A DNA stretch of 64,000 nucleotides. Source: Podarcis tiliguerta (lineage: Eukaryota). The notes under the pieces were generated by a model. The model made no database searches. It saw only the letters and a list, made by a program, of their open reading frames with translations, and was not told the DNA's origin. The stretch's first letter is position 1. The number at the start of each line of letters is the position of its first letter. The DNA lies in the NCBI GenBank assembly GCA_965153285.1, contig OZ229115.1. One strand, 5' to 3'. The position numbers and the translations under genes were made by a program. Positions 47,523 to 59,725 of this stretch are shown one piece after another.

Positions 47523-48329
47523 GTTCTGTCTAAGCTAAGCATATCACATGCATCTTTTAATCAGGCCTTCTGTTTTCTCTCTCTCTCTTCCTAATAGCAG
47601 ATAAGTGCATATAATCTTATCATGCAGTGATTCTGAAATGCAAAAAATGCCTAGAACCAGATCCTGGTGCATTAAATAATATCAGAAGAGAGACTGTGAT
47701 GACTTTATTAATATATAATGTAGCCCTTTGCTATAAAGTGAGCCGGTACTTATTTGGTGTCTGCCCTTGCGCAAGGAAAGCAGAGCTTAGATTTTAGGTA
47801 TCAGTTTTCTGCAAACAAGGCTTTGTAATGAGCAAAGCACAGACCTTGAGTCAGATCATTCCCCACTCGCTTTACTCTTTGTGTTAATGCTGAACTCTTC
47901 TCCTTGCCTTTTTATTTCACTCAACCGCACTGGAGCAGTAGGTTTTGCTTTACTTGTCTTGATTCAGAGTTAAGAATGGCAATGCTGGTGTTCAGTAAAA
48001 CAAAGTGGCTGGTGGAACAATCCTGTGCACAGCTGCTCAAAAGTCAGTCCTATTGAGTTCAAGGGGGTTTATTGGCAGGTGACTGCATATAGGATTGCAC
48101 CCTCAGCCATTTACTTGACACATGCGTTTTAGATGATGTGGAGTTTGATTGTGGTGGGAGAAGTTTGGTAGGGGGGCTGTTTGTATTGAGTAAATTAGTG
48201 AGAACAAGACCAAAATCAATATATTTCTATATGCAGGGTGTCGTGTGACACTTACTGTAACAACTTAATGGTTAGTAATGGCATATATTTTTCTAGGGAA
48301 AAAAGCACTGGGTGTTTTATTATTATTAT

Positions 48330-48600
48330 TATTTATTTAAAGTTTTTTTATTTATACAACAAGAAAAACAAACAAACAGAAAACACAAATACCAAATTAT
48401 ACACAAATTACAAAAATAACCATAGACACATAATATTCTTAGCAAACAATAAAACATCTATTGGTCTTAACACTAAAGACCCAACCTCCCGTCTATTCCA
48501 TACTTCAAATTCATATTACTTATTGTCAATACACATTTTTTTTTCATAATTAAACTTATTCTCATTAAATCTAATTTCTTATATCTACCTTACAACTATT
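48330..48600 (-). mobile_element. Probable L1-clade 3' UTR fragment
   Basis: T-rich start with TTTATT, then strongly A/C-skewed sequence as in 63550-63730. Confidence 0.4.
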
Positions 48601-49091
48601 ACTGAAGTTCCTTGAATGCTGCAACTGGGTGTTAATCAGCTGGTAACTGTGGCTCAAAAGTGTTGACTTGCTTGCATGAATGAGCCAACAGACCACAGAG
48701 AATTTCCATATCCCCTCCAGCACAGGACATTTAAAACACCACTGCTAAGACTGTCTCTCCACCTGCCCTTCCTAAATGGGTTTCCAGTTACCTGATATTT
48801 GCACCTGTTTTAAAAATTGAATGGACTCTATGTGCTGTGCAGGAATGGGGAACCTGTGAGCCTAAAGGCAATCTGTCAATATATGTCTAAATCAGTCAGT
48901 TTTATTTTTTAAAAGTTCAGATTTCCACATTTCTGCATTAGTTTGTGCTTTTCTGTAGGTCTGCATAAAAATTCATCAGGATTTAGTGCAAATTTATAGT
49001 ACTAATAATTTTCATTTTGCAAGGAATTTCGCCAAAATATTTTATATGCTGTTTTCACTAATATATGCATTTTTTACACATACATATTCAC

Positions 49092-49581
49092 CAGAGCTTT
49101 CCAAACTGTGTGTCGTGACACATTAGTGTGTTGGCTGCAGTGTGTAGGTGCATTGCATAGATGCTCCCCGCGCTCTTTCCAGGGCTAGAATGGGGTGAGT
49201 TTAATCTCTGGTTTGCTAGTTACCATATTTTTCGCCCTATAGGATGCACTTTTCCCCCTCCAAAAATGAAAGGGAAATGTGTGTGCGTCCTATGGGGCGA
49301 ATGCAGGCTTCAGGAAGCTATCCCCCCAGCCCGGCAAGCTCCCAGAGCGATGCCGAAGCTGCACGCAGCTTCGGCATTGCTCTGGGACCCGTTCTGGAGG
49401 CTGGGGCCTGGGGAAAAAAAAATATTTTCCCCCCTTTATTCCCCCCCCAAAAAAATCTAGGTGCGTCCTATGAGCCGGTGCATCCCATAGGGCGAAAAAT
49501 ATGGTAAACTGAATTACTGTGTTGTGAAATAATGCATGTCTAAAAACGGTGTCACCAACATGAAAAGTTTGGAAAACTCAG
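49092..49581. mobile_element. hAT MITE, itself interrupted
   Basis: TIR CAGAGCTTTCCAAACT / AGTTTGGAAAACTCAG; 8-bp TSD atattcac/atatacac. Confidence 0.82.
49223..49504. mobile_element. Tc1/mariner (pogo/Tigger-like) MITE, 282 bp
   Basis: 27-bp TIR CCATATTTTTCGCCCTAT(A/G)GGATGCAC with one mismatch; TA TSD on both sides. Confidence 0.9.
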
Positions 49582-49821
49582 ATATACACTACTCTGGTGC
49601 ACATTATTTGTACGTAGAACTGTGGATTGCAAAATTCAGAGAAGTGCAAATTTCAAAGGAGAGATGTTTTTCAATTTGCATATTGTTTCAAGAAGTGCTA
49701 ATTAGGTAGATTCACATTAAAATCCTGCCAAATGAAATTTCTCTCCCATTCCTGGTGACAATATGCAAAGATACCAGTTTGGAAATGTATGTACAGGCAA
49801 GTCGCTGGTTGCGTATTGTAA

Positions 49822-50196
49822 GGGATGCGGGTGGCGCTGTGGTCTGAACCACTGAGCCTCTTTGGCATGCTGATCAGAAGTTCAGCAGTTCAAATCCGCA
49901 CAACAGGGTGAGCTCCCATTGTTTTGTCCCAGCTTCTGCCAACCTAGCAATTTGAAAGCATACCAGCATCAGTAGATAAATGGGTACCGCTGTGACGGGA
50001 AGGTAAATGGCGTTTCCATTTGCTCTGGCACTTGTCCTGTTGTGCCAGAAGTGGTTTAGTCATGCTGGCCACATGACCCAGAAAGCTGTCTGTGGACAAA
50101 CGCCAGCTCCCTTGGCCTGAAAGCAAGATGAGCGCCGTGACCTCATAGTCACTTTTGACTGGACTTAACCGTCCAGGGGTCCTTTACCTTTTTACC
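49822..50196 (+). mobile_element. Sauria SINE, full length
   Basis: Head 'gggatgcgggtggcgctgtggtct'; tail 'ggggtcctttacctttttacc'. Confidence 0.92.
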
Positions 50197-50637
50197 CGTG
50201 TACTGTAGGAAACTGAGAATGGATGCATGAAGATCCCCAAAAAGAAATGAGAGAGAAAACGACTGTTTTCTCAAAGCATGCCAAATGTTACTGGTGACTT
50301 TTTACAAAGGATTCTTTTATTTTTCAGGGGGCTGATTTCAAAACTGACTTCTTCACTCAAAGGCATCTTTGGTCAAAATTACGTTTTCCTGTTACACTTT
50401 TGTGGTTACTGATTTTTAAGATGTAGGGAGCTCAGATGAAGGCAGCATCTGAGTCCTCCTTGCTTCACAGACCCCCTTCACTGAACAGAGATAATAGGCG
50501 TGTGTGTCTGTGTGCTCCTGACCTCCTGGTGTTCAGCAAGTGACATGAATGAGCCTGCTCACATACACTTGTATGTGCACAGAATACTATTTCATGATGG
50601 GGAACTTTGCTTTTCCTGAATTGTCCAGAGTTATGTA

Positions 50638-51001
50638 AAAGGTAAAGGTAAAGGTACCCCTGCCCGTACGGGCCAGTCTTGACAGACTCTAGGGTTGTGC
50701 GCCCATCTCACTCAAGAGGCCGGGGGCCAGCGCTGTCCAGAGACACTTCCGGGTCACGTGGCCAGCGTGACATCGCTGCTCTGGTGAGCCAGAGCCGCAC
50801 ACGGAAACGGCGTTTACCTTCCCGCTAGTAAGCGGTCCCTATTTATCTACTTGCACCCGGGAGTGCTTTCGAACTGCTAGGTTGGCAGGTGCTGGGACCG
50901 AACAGCGGGAGCGCACCCCGCCGCGGGGATTCGAACCGTCGACCTTTCGATCGGCAAGCCCTAGGCGCTGAGGCTTTTACCCACAGCGCCACCCGCGTCC
51001 A
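50638..51001 (-). mobile_element. Sauria SINE, young subfamily, full length
   Basis: 13-bp TSD CCAGAGTTATGTA (50625-50637, 51002-51014); CpGs retained. Confidence 0.95.
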
Positions 51002-51039
51002 CCAGAGTTATGTAGAAACAAACAAATAGAAAGCACCTG

Positions 51040-51560
51040 TCTAAGAAGTGTTCTGCTGGATCAGGCCAAAGGACAATCTAATCTAGCATCCACACAGACC
51101 AACCAGATGCCTACAGAAAGCTCATAACCAGGACAGCTCTCCTCCTTGTGAGTGCAAGCAACTAGAATTTCAAGGCATTCTGCTTCTGACAATAGAACAT
51201 AGTCATCATAGCTTTTAGTCATGAATAGCCTTACCCTCCATGAATTTGTCCAATCCTCTCTTAAAGCTGGCCAAGTTGGTGGTCATCCACCACTATATCA
51301 AGTGGCAGTGAATTCCATAGTTTAACGGTATGCAGTACTTTCTCTTGTCTGTCTCAAATTTTCCAATATTCAGCTTCCTTACATGGCCCTGAGTGCCAGT
51401 GTTATGGAAGAGGAAGAGAGAAAAACTGTACTCACTTTCTTCACACTATGCCTAAGTTTGTATACATTTATCAATTTCTCTTATACTTGTCTCTTTTTCT
51501 TTGAACCAAAAAGGTCCAACTTTTGTAAGCATTGGGTAGTTGCTTCATGCCTTTTGTTGC
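51040..51560 (-). mobile_element. Old CR1 LINE 3' fragment
   Basis: 'ctgctggatcaggccaaagg...ctagcatcc', 'ccatgaatttgtccaatcctctcttaaagc', 'ggcagtgaattccatag' are reverse CR1 3' motifs. Confidence 0.65.
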
Positions 51561-53728
51561 ACTCTCCATTCACGTTTCTGTGGTACCAAAATTTAGTCAT
51601 CTCAATCCTATTTACTGGCTTATCCTTATTCACTGGCTTCTGGCAAATGTGCCACACAGAGAACTTCTTGTCAAAAGCTTCTGTAGGCTTAATAGTTGAT
51701 CTAAAACTTGATGACACTCAAGCATCACTTCTGATTAAAAAAAAAAAGTTTTGCAAATGGTTTGCCCTGGAGAATTAAATTCTTTCTGGAGAAGCAAATA
51801 TCTTAACAGCGCAGATAAACATTTAGCCTCGATACAGTATATTGGACTTCAATAACTGTAGGATATAGTTGTGATGACTCCCTCCCCTGTTAGATTTGTG
51901 TAGGCTTTGGAAGTTTTGATTTATTTAAAATCATTTAAACCTGCTCTTCAGCTGAAAAAGACTCCTAGCTTACAGTAATCAATAATAAGTTTGTCCCTGC
52001 CTTTGGAATTACAATGTAAGAGACATGACACAAAAGGAAAAGGAATTGGGAGGGAGGAGGAAAGCTTGGGCACTTCTTAGTTATAAGAATTCTATAAAAG
52101 TTCTCTCCCCCACCCCCGGGAATGAGCTGTTCCCTGTAGGAGTAAAATAACCTCCACGTATGGCTTATAATACATGCTTTGATTAGCTACAGGGTTTCAG
52201 ACTGAGTCAGGTGGGTCTCTTTCTTGCTGTCCCTTGGTCCTCTGGCAATAGGTATAGAGGTGTCCTTCAGATATTTCCCTGCAGTACTCATTTGCTTCAC
52301 TTTGTGGTGTGTGTGTGTGTGAGAGAGGGAGAGAGACGGATGGCTCCATGTTAGAATTCTAACCGAGTTTTAAATAGATTTTTTTTCTTTATAAATTTAG
52401 TTCTCGTTAAAGTCACAAGTGATTAAATTCACGGAGCGGTCTCCAATTAAATGTAGCTTGTTTGACACTGCGTTCTGTTAGTGTGACTGTCTGTAAAGTG
52501 GCCTTTGCGCATAAGTATCAAGCATTCAGCCGGATATCAAAGAGGTTATGCCGTGGAATGTCTTCCTCCACAAACTACTTCCATGCCAGTAGAAGATCTC
52601 CCTCCCCAGCTTCAGCTGTTTGCTGGATTTTGTTAAGTTTCTACAAATGGATTTTACACAGTTGGAGTTTTAACTTTTTGATTTGATTGTGCATACTATC
52701 TGGCATATTTTGCACGCCATAATAAAATGAGAACCTGAGCGAGCATGAGGATAAACTGGAACACGTTGGATACCAATTTGGGGTGGCAAACTCACCAATA
52801 AGCAAGCATGCTTTTTTATCTGGCACAGAATTAACCCCAGAGGCTGCCAGTGCCAGGGCCTGAGAAATTAGAAGTCAGCGAACAGCCTCTGAATAATTAG
52901 TTGTCCTTACGTGAACTTGCTAAGTAAATTGTATCTTTGCATAAGTATGTTTGTATAATACTATACATATGCATGGCTGTGCCTTCCTTCTCCCTTTGGT
53001 ACAGCGATGAAATACCCATTATTTTAACAGTAGAGCTTGGTAGCGAAGTTGGAGAGCAGACGTTTTTAGCTTGGCAGTTTGCAAAATCTTGGGATCTAAA
53101 TAAAAACAAGAGACATGGTTTTGATTAAACTCAGCAACAATAACCATCATGGCAGCTAAGCACTAATAATTTAGAGAGCGCAATTGTAGGTATGCCTATA
53201 CTAGTCTTGATATCCAAATGGAAGGCAGACATCTCATGAACATCCCAGCCTCTAGCAATTGAGAAAAGACAAAAGTCCTCATTGTTTAAGGGATCAATTA
53301 CACACCCACACTCACACCCACACCCACACAAATTTAAACATCTTGGTAGTACTGTATAGGATTTTAGAAGAATGTACCATATTCTCAGAGCAGTGGCAGT
53401 GGACTATAAGGACTGTAAGGAACATCTCCCCCTGAAATAAACTCTTTGCTGCCACAATATTTTGGAGGAGCAGAGCCAGGAGCCCCATGACACTGGATCT
53501 CACCCATGTGCTTGTGTAACAAGAATGTTTCTCCCCCGCCCCATCAGTCCTCTGTACGCCCTCACTATTGGCTCTGGAGGGTTGGGGTTGTCAAGAGCAG
53601 ATTTTGAGGGCACATAGAGTGGTTTGTAATGGGCAGAAGGGAAACTGGAATACCCTTTGTGCAAGTGACTGGACATCACTAGAAGTTGCTCATTGTTTGT
53701 TGCCCTTGGAAGCACCTGGTATTCTTAA

Positions 53729-53971
53729 AGGTAAAGGTAAAGGGACCCCTGACCATTAGTTCCAGTCATGGCCAACTCTGGGGTTGCGGCACTCATCTCG
53801 CTTTATTGGCTGAGGGAGCCGGTGTACAGCTTCCGGGTCATGTGGCCAGCATGACTAAGTCGCTTCTGGCGAACCAGAGCAGCGCACGGAAATGCCGTTT
53901 ACCTTCCCGCTGAAGTGGTACCTATTTATCTACTTGCACTTTGACATGCTTTTGAACTGGTTGGCAGGAGA
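53729..53971 (-). mobile_element. Sauria SINE, 5'-truncated
   Basis: 12-bp TSD TGGTATTCTTAA (53717-53728, 53972-53983); Sauria body and tail. Confidence 0.92.
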
Positions 53972-54639
53972 TGGTATTCTTAATGCCCCTGAAATAACAA
54001 TACAGTATTATCTGCGTATTAATAGGAATTGGTTAGTGCAAAGTGTTGTACGTAGGATTTTTATACGGCGAATCATTATGATTGAAAAGCAGTATACAAA
54101 TACTGATAATGGATCCCGAGTAAGTTGGTTACCCAGAGTGAGTAAAGTGCCACATTGAAATCAATGTGAAAAGTGAGTCATGACTAACGGAAGGCCAGTT
54201 AGCTTCAATGAGAATTAAGTGCAACTAACATAGGTTGCAGTTCTGTATACAAAGTTGTTGTCGTGGACATTATGTGGATGTGTCTTTTGATAAACAATAT
54301 AGAGTAGATGGCTGGGTAGAGTGTGTGTATAAATTCAATGGTGGTTAGTTTATTTTTTGGTTGCTATTTTTTAATTTTGTCAGTATTGGTTTACAGATTA
54401 TGAATGTTGTAGTATCCTATAATACAACTTTTGATGTAATTGTGCTGTTTAGCTTATTTTTTTAGTTGCTTTACTAATAGATTGTAATTGTTTTACTGAT
54501 GGTTTGTCAATAATTCTATATGATTGATGTTGTATTTTTTGATGTTGTATTTTGTTACTGTCATTTATTGCTTGTAAGCTGCTTTGCCATTCATGTGAAT
54601 GAGAAGTGGAATAGAAATTTAATAAAGTAGTCAATTAAT

Positions 54640-54935
54640 CAAAACTATGGCTTCTTCCATAAAATTCTGTGAGTTGTGGTCTGGTCTGGTCTGGTCAGGG
54701 TGCTGAGTTTTGTTAGGAGACCCCCATTCCCCCCTCTGAGCTACAATTCCCAGAATGGCCCAACAACCAATCCCACTTCCCAGGGAACTCTGAGTATTGT
54801 AACTCTGTGAGGGGAATAGAGCTCTGATAACTCTCAGCATCCTTGGGAAATTACAGCTCCCATAAATCTTTGGGGGAAGCCATGACTCCTAAAGTGGAAT
54901 AATAGTGCTTTGGATGTGTGGTGTGGATGTGACCA
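54640..54935. mobile_element. Palindromic MITE family (related copies ~22478-22660 and 62831-62995)
   Basis: Internal inverted repeats 'gagctacaattcccag / gggaactctgagtattgtaactc'; end 'gtggtgtggatgtgacc'. Confidence 0.55.
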
Positions 54936-55806
54936 CAAATATCTCTAGGAAGCTGACCAGTAGGACATGATGGTGTTAAGCAATTTACCATTGTTTGTTC
55001 CCAGTATCTGGCAATTAGAGGCATACAGCGTATGAACATGGAGTTAATGTGATAATGCAATTTTCTAAATTTTAATTGAGAGGTGCAAAACATTCTCTCC
55101 AGTGTAGTGAGATACTCTGCATATTCTTTGGAATAATTTGTGTGGTTTCCCAAAGTTAACAATGGCATTTGCATGATGATGATGTACTGCAATCATGACC
55201 CAATACAAATGCATTATCTATAATATGTAATTATATGTGGAAGATGATTAAAGAGTAATGCATTCCAAGATGAATATGAATTGAGGACATTTCCCTCTGC
55301 TTTCCTTAGCAGCTCTTTGTAGTGTTCACCATTAATTAGTCTCTAAGTCAGCACATTCTAGTTATTTTGAAAAATGAATCTAACATGTTTTCTTCAGTAT
55401 CAGAGCTGTACTGAGATTATTTTTTGTCATCAGAGGGGGGGGGGAATGAACTGCTTGCTTTTCTTTAGCTGAATATGGAGTGCAGTTCTCTTAATACCCA
55501 GATAGGGACTCTGTGGGGCTCCAGATCTTATTGGAGTACAACTCCCATTATCCCTAACCATTGGATGTGCTCACTAAATCTGCTGGGAGCTGGGCACCAA
55601 TAAAGTCTTGAGGGGCACAGCTTTCCCATCACTGCCTTAATGGACATATCTGTCTTCTGAATATATATTAAAGCTGTAAATTGTAGAAATAAGTTTCTAC
55701 ATGCAACTATTAAGCATGCACAGCCTTTATTTCACTAGGTAATAAAGAATGGTCTTCAAAGTTTTGAATGTGGAGAGTGAAATGCCTGAGTCTCTGGGCA
55801 GACGTT

Positions 55807-56091
55807 AGCCAGTGTGGTGTAGTGGTTAAGAGCGGTAGACTCGTAATCTGGGGAACCGGGTTCGTGTCTCCGCTCCTCCACATGCAGCTGCTGGGTGACC
55901 TTGGGCCAGTCACACTTCTTTGAAGTCTCTCAGCCCCACTCACCTCACAGAGTGTTTGTTGTGGGGGAGGAAGGGAAAGGAGAATGTTAGCCGCTTTGAG
56001 ACTCCGTAAAGGGAGTGAAAGGCGGGATATCAAATCCAAACTACTCTCCTCCTCCTCCTCCTCCTCCTCCTCCTCCTCCTTCTTCTTCTTC
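55807..56091 (+). mobile_element. Squam3 SINE with (CCT)n(CTT)n tail
   Basis: Near-consensus copy; explains the 206-aa ORF 55710..56330. Confidence 0.9.
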
Positions 56092-56243
56092 CCCAACTTG
56101 TAAATTAGGGCTGCATTCACTGGGCAGTTCATTGAATTCACCTCACCTTCCCTAACCACATTATAAACCACTTCTGGGAAACTCATAGAATGGAGCACAC
56201 AATTAGGGTTCATTTCTGTGTTATTTGATTCCATTGGGAGCAC

Positions 56244-56765
56244 CATACCTCCAACACTTCTCTGGTGAAAATAGGGACGTCCTATTCCATCATCAGCATC
56301 ATGAGAATTGTTATATACTGAAGTTCTCATCCTGGGCCAGCAGGGGGATACTGTAGATAGTTTTCACTCAGGTCCACATATGCAAATAAGGAATTGAAAG
56401 TGATGTTCAGTGATTGGATAGTTACAGAAAGTTGTTACTGTTGCTTTGTAGTTGAGCTCTATATAAGCAGGTTGGCTGAACCCCTCAGCCCAGTTCTGTT
56501 CTGGGCCTGTGAATAAACAAGAGCTGTTTGAAGAATCGGTGCGTCGTCTGATATGTTCACCCACAACTTAACAAGAATCATAATGATGATGATATTATTT
56601 ATACCATACTCATCTGACTGAATTGCCTCAGACACTCTGGGTGGCTTCCAAAATATATAAAAACATAATAAAACATTAAACATTAGAAAACATTCCTATA
56701 CTGCCTTCAGATGTCTTCTAAAGGTTGTATAGTTACTTGTCTCTTTGTCTCGGAGGTCACATAAC
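56244..56765 (-). mobile_element. Second, inverted copy of the composite MITE/L2-tail element, interrupted by a solo LTR
   Basis: 'catacctccaacacttctctggtgaaaataggg' is the reverse of the 23638-23671 end; the L2 tail piece ends at 'gtcacataac', the reverse of 'gttatgtgac' at ~23466. Confidence 0.6.
56309..56573 (+). mobile_element. Solo LTR (265 bp) of an LTR retrotransposon
   Basis: TGTTA...TAACA termini; perfect 5-bp TSD AGAAT; ATGCAAAT 56380, ATTGG 56413, TATATAA 56460, AATAAA 56512. Confidence 0.88.
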
Positions 56766-58587
56766 CTAGAAAATTGTGGGAGGGAAGGGACGAAATTTGG
56801 GGTAGTTTACTGGTATATAGTTCTTTCTTGCCATTTTCATGGAGGAATCATGGGGGAGCAGAAGCACAGGTGTGTAAAGAGTAGGGAATAGCGATGTCGT
56901 CCAGTGATGTTTATTGTAGTGACACATCCCCCCCCGTGTGAATAAAATTTAGCATGACATCCCGGTCAAAACCCCACATTTCCATAAGACAAGAGGTACT
57001 GCAGTGTGAAAGTCAGGAAAACTAATTCAATATTACCCACATCTGAATACACACTAGATTATCTGCCTGCCTGACTTTAATGGACCTTTGGGGTAGAGGA
57101 CCTGCTCTCTGATATTCCAGGCCAATTCCTAACATGTTTAACTTGTATTTTAAAGATACTAAGCTTCAAGCTTTTTTAATTAGTGAGATACAGGAGGGGG
57201 AAAAATGCACACAGCATCCTACTCAGAAACTTGCAAACCTGTTTCTCCTTTCCAAAGTTTTGCCAATGCATGCTTTGATCACTGCGATGACTAGGATGGC
57301 CCTTAATAATGTAATATTGATAACATTGCTAAGTATTAATTAGTATTTATTTAGGGATTCCCCCCCCCCAATTTTGCAACAACTCATAATTCACCTCTGC
57401 CCCAATGTGTATCCTGAGGCCTCCCATCATCATAAACACCAGAAGAAAAAAAGTCAGGCTTTGGGTATGCAACCAGTGAGTGACATTCTCCTCTCTAACG
57501 GTCTGGAAAGCCTGACATTCACATAGCTTTTAAATAGATGTTTTATTCTCTTCACCTTTGTCTGATAAGGGAATTTGTTTCAGGAATAGGAGTGGCATTT
57601 GTTGAACTTTAGGTTTACTGAAAATGGGTGGTTTTCCCCGCCTTTGGTTGGTTATCTCCTTAAGACATGTATGAAGTATGAGACATATGCAAATGTTGTT
57701 GGCTTTTGCGACAGAATACAATGGCTGTTTGAGGACAGTTGACAAAGTTATGCAGTGACATTAGTATCTGACTTAATGTGTCATATATGCAATGTTCACA
57801 GTTGTTGATAGTGGTCATGGAATAATGGTGGGTGTGCAAAATCATTGATGGGAAAATGGTAGGCTGACTCCCACCCAAGGCTTGGGCAAGAGGGACATCT
57901 TCATGTCCCTCTTGGAATGTCTTTGCTTATGGTGTTTGACTGTGTTCTGTTGCCTGGTGAAAAAGACTCTCTTTATTCCATCAAATGTTTGCTATAGTGG
58001 ACAGATAATATTTTATCCAATGATTCTCACTTTTCATCTGCAATGCCTATTTCTGCATTGCTTTTTTTGTATCCTGTTAGTTTATTATGAAGTTGTGGTT
58101 TTAGTTATCATAAACTACTCTATGCACCATGAGGGTGGGATATATTCCCTCATCATCTGCAGGTTGTTGGTTTTCTCCCAAGTTGGTGAGGCTTATTTGA
58201 CAACAGGATATCAAACTTTGCAGTACTATGGAACATTCTGCCAACAGAGATTCAGCAGACTTCTTCTGTTCCAACTTTAAAACACCTGCTGAAAACTTAA
58301 CTATTCTGCCAGGCTTATGCTGGCAATTAAATATTGTGGAATAAACATTGTGATATTCTTATCTGATTTCTGATTTTAATTTCTTATATAGTTTTTATTG
58401 TATCTGTTTTCTTTATAAATTAGCAGTGTCTCCCTCCCAGTGTATAAATTTCAATTTAAAATAAAACAAATGGAGCAGTTAATGGTTTGCGGCACTTGAT
58501 AAGTAACAGTTTTCAAAGGAACCATCTTTTTAAACCGATGATAGAGCTGATGGACCCAGTTAAAAGAAATTAAAAGAAACAACTTTT

Positions 58588-58880
58588 ATTATTATTATTA
58601 TTACTACTACTACTACTACTACTACTAATAATAATAATTTATTTATACTCTGCCCATCTAGCTGGGTTTCCCCAGCCACTCTGGGCAGCTCCCAAAAGAA
58701 TATTAAAAACATGATAAAAGATCAAACTTTAAAAACTTCCCTAAACAGGGCTGCTTTCAGATGTCTTCTAAAAGTCAGATAGTTGTTTATTTCCATGACA
58801 TCTGATGGGAAGGCATTCCACAGGGCAGGTGCCACTACTGAGAAAGCCCTCTGCCGGGTTCCCTGTAACCTCACTTCTCG
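58588..58880 (-). mobile_element. L2 LINE 3' fragment with compound (ATT)(ACT)(AAT) tail
   Basis: Minus translation 'EVRLQGTRQRAFSVVAPALWNAFP...FRRHLKAALF'; same family as 46211-46604. Confidence 0.88.
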
Positions 58881-59404
58881 TTTATATATCTTGCTGAGTA
58901 AGTATTTCTGTATTTCTAATAAAGGGGTAGCTAACCTTTGGACCTCCAAATGTTGCTGGACTACAGCTCACATTAGCCTCTGACAGCCTCGGGTATTATG
59001 GAAGTTGTAGTCAAACAGTACCTGGGGGGGATACAGGTTAACCACCCCAGCTCTAATGTCTATGATTGGTAAAGTCTATGAACAACAAGAGAGCCTATAC
59101 AATACTCTCCAGATAACAGAATATCCTATTTGAATGAGGAGTTGAAGCACACCTTAATAGTCTTAATACGCTCTTATAATACTGCAACCCAGGTTCATCC
59201 AGCGAAGTTGACAAAAGAAAACCCTCATGCACAGCTTGGTGAAGACTTTAAAAATTCAGCATACATTTTAAGTGCATTTTCTGATTTTATGGTTAACTGG
59301 TTTCATGCTATGTCCACCACTGCATCCTTTTGGTTTCCACATTGTAGACTGCTTAAAAACTATAGTAGTGAGTAGTATACAAATTATTTTTTAAAAATGT
59401 CTAA

Positions 59405-59725
59405 ACTATAGAATTCACTCTCATGTGATGTATTGATGGCTGCAAACCTGGATGGCTTTCGAAGGGGATCTGACAAATTCATGGGAAATAAGGCTGAAAG
59501 TGGCTGCTATTCATAATGATGGCAGTTTATGACCTCCAGTGTCAGAAGTGTTATGCCTTTGGATATCAGATGCTGAAGACCATGAATGGAGAGAGTGCTG
59601 TGGCACAGATGTTCTTCTTGTGTGTCTTCTTCTTCCTATAGACATCTGTATGGCTCTCGGAACAGAATGTTGGAATAGATGGGTTTTTCCCCCTGAACCA
59701 GCAGTGCTGCTCTTACGGGCTCTCC
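59405..59725 (+). mobile_element. Old CR1 LINE 3' end
   Basis: 'ggatggctttcgaaggggatctgacaaattcatgg...cagaatgttggaatagatggg...ccagcagtgctgctctta'. Confidence 0.65.

Larger units (their letters stand above)
48860..49753. mobile_element. Old non-autonomous repeat (family of 7345-7749) hosting two nested MITEs
   Basis: 'cataaaaattcatcagg' left of the insertion; 'gcaaaattcagagaagtgc...aattaggtagattcacattaaa...ctctcccattcct' right of it. Confidence 0.6.

Noticed and set aside
55710-56330. Longest ORF in the window (206 aa)
   Set aside because: Antisense read-through of a Squam3 SINE, its (CCT)n tail and transposon ends.
57882-58280. 132-aa hydrophobic ORF (also 51383..51778) as a membrane-protein exon
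   Set aside because: T-rich intronic or repeat-derived sequence gives Leu/Phe/Cys bias; no motif or convincing splice sites.
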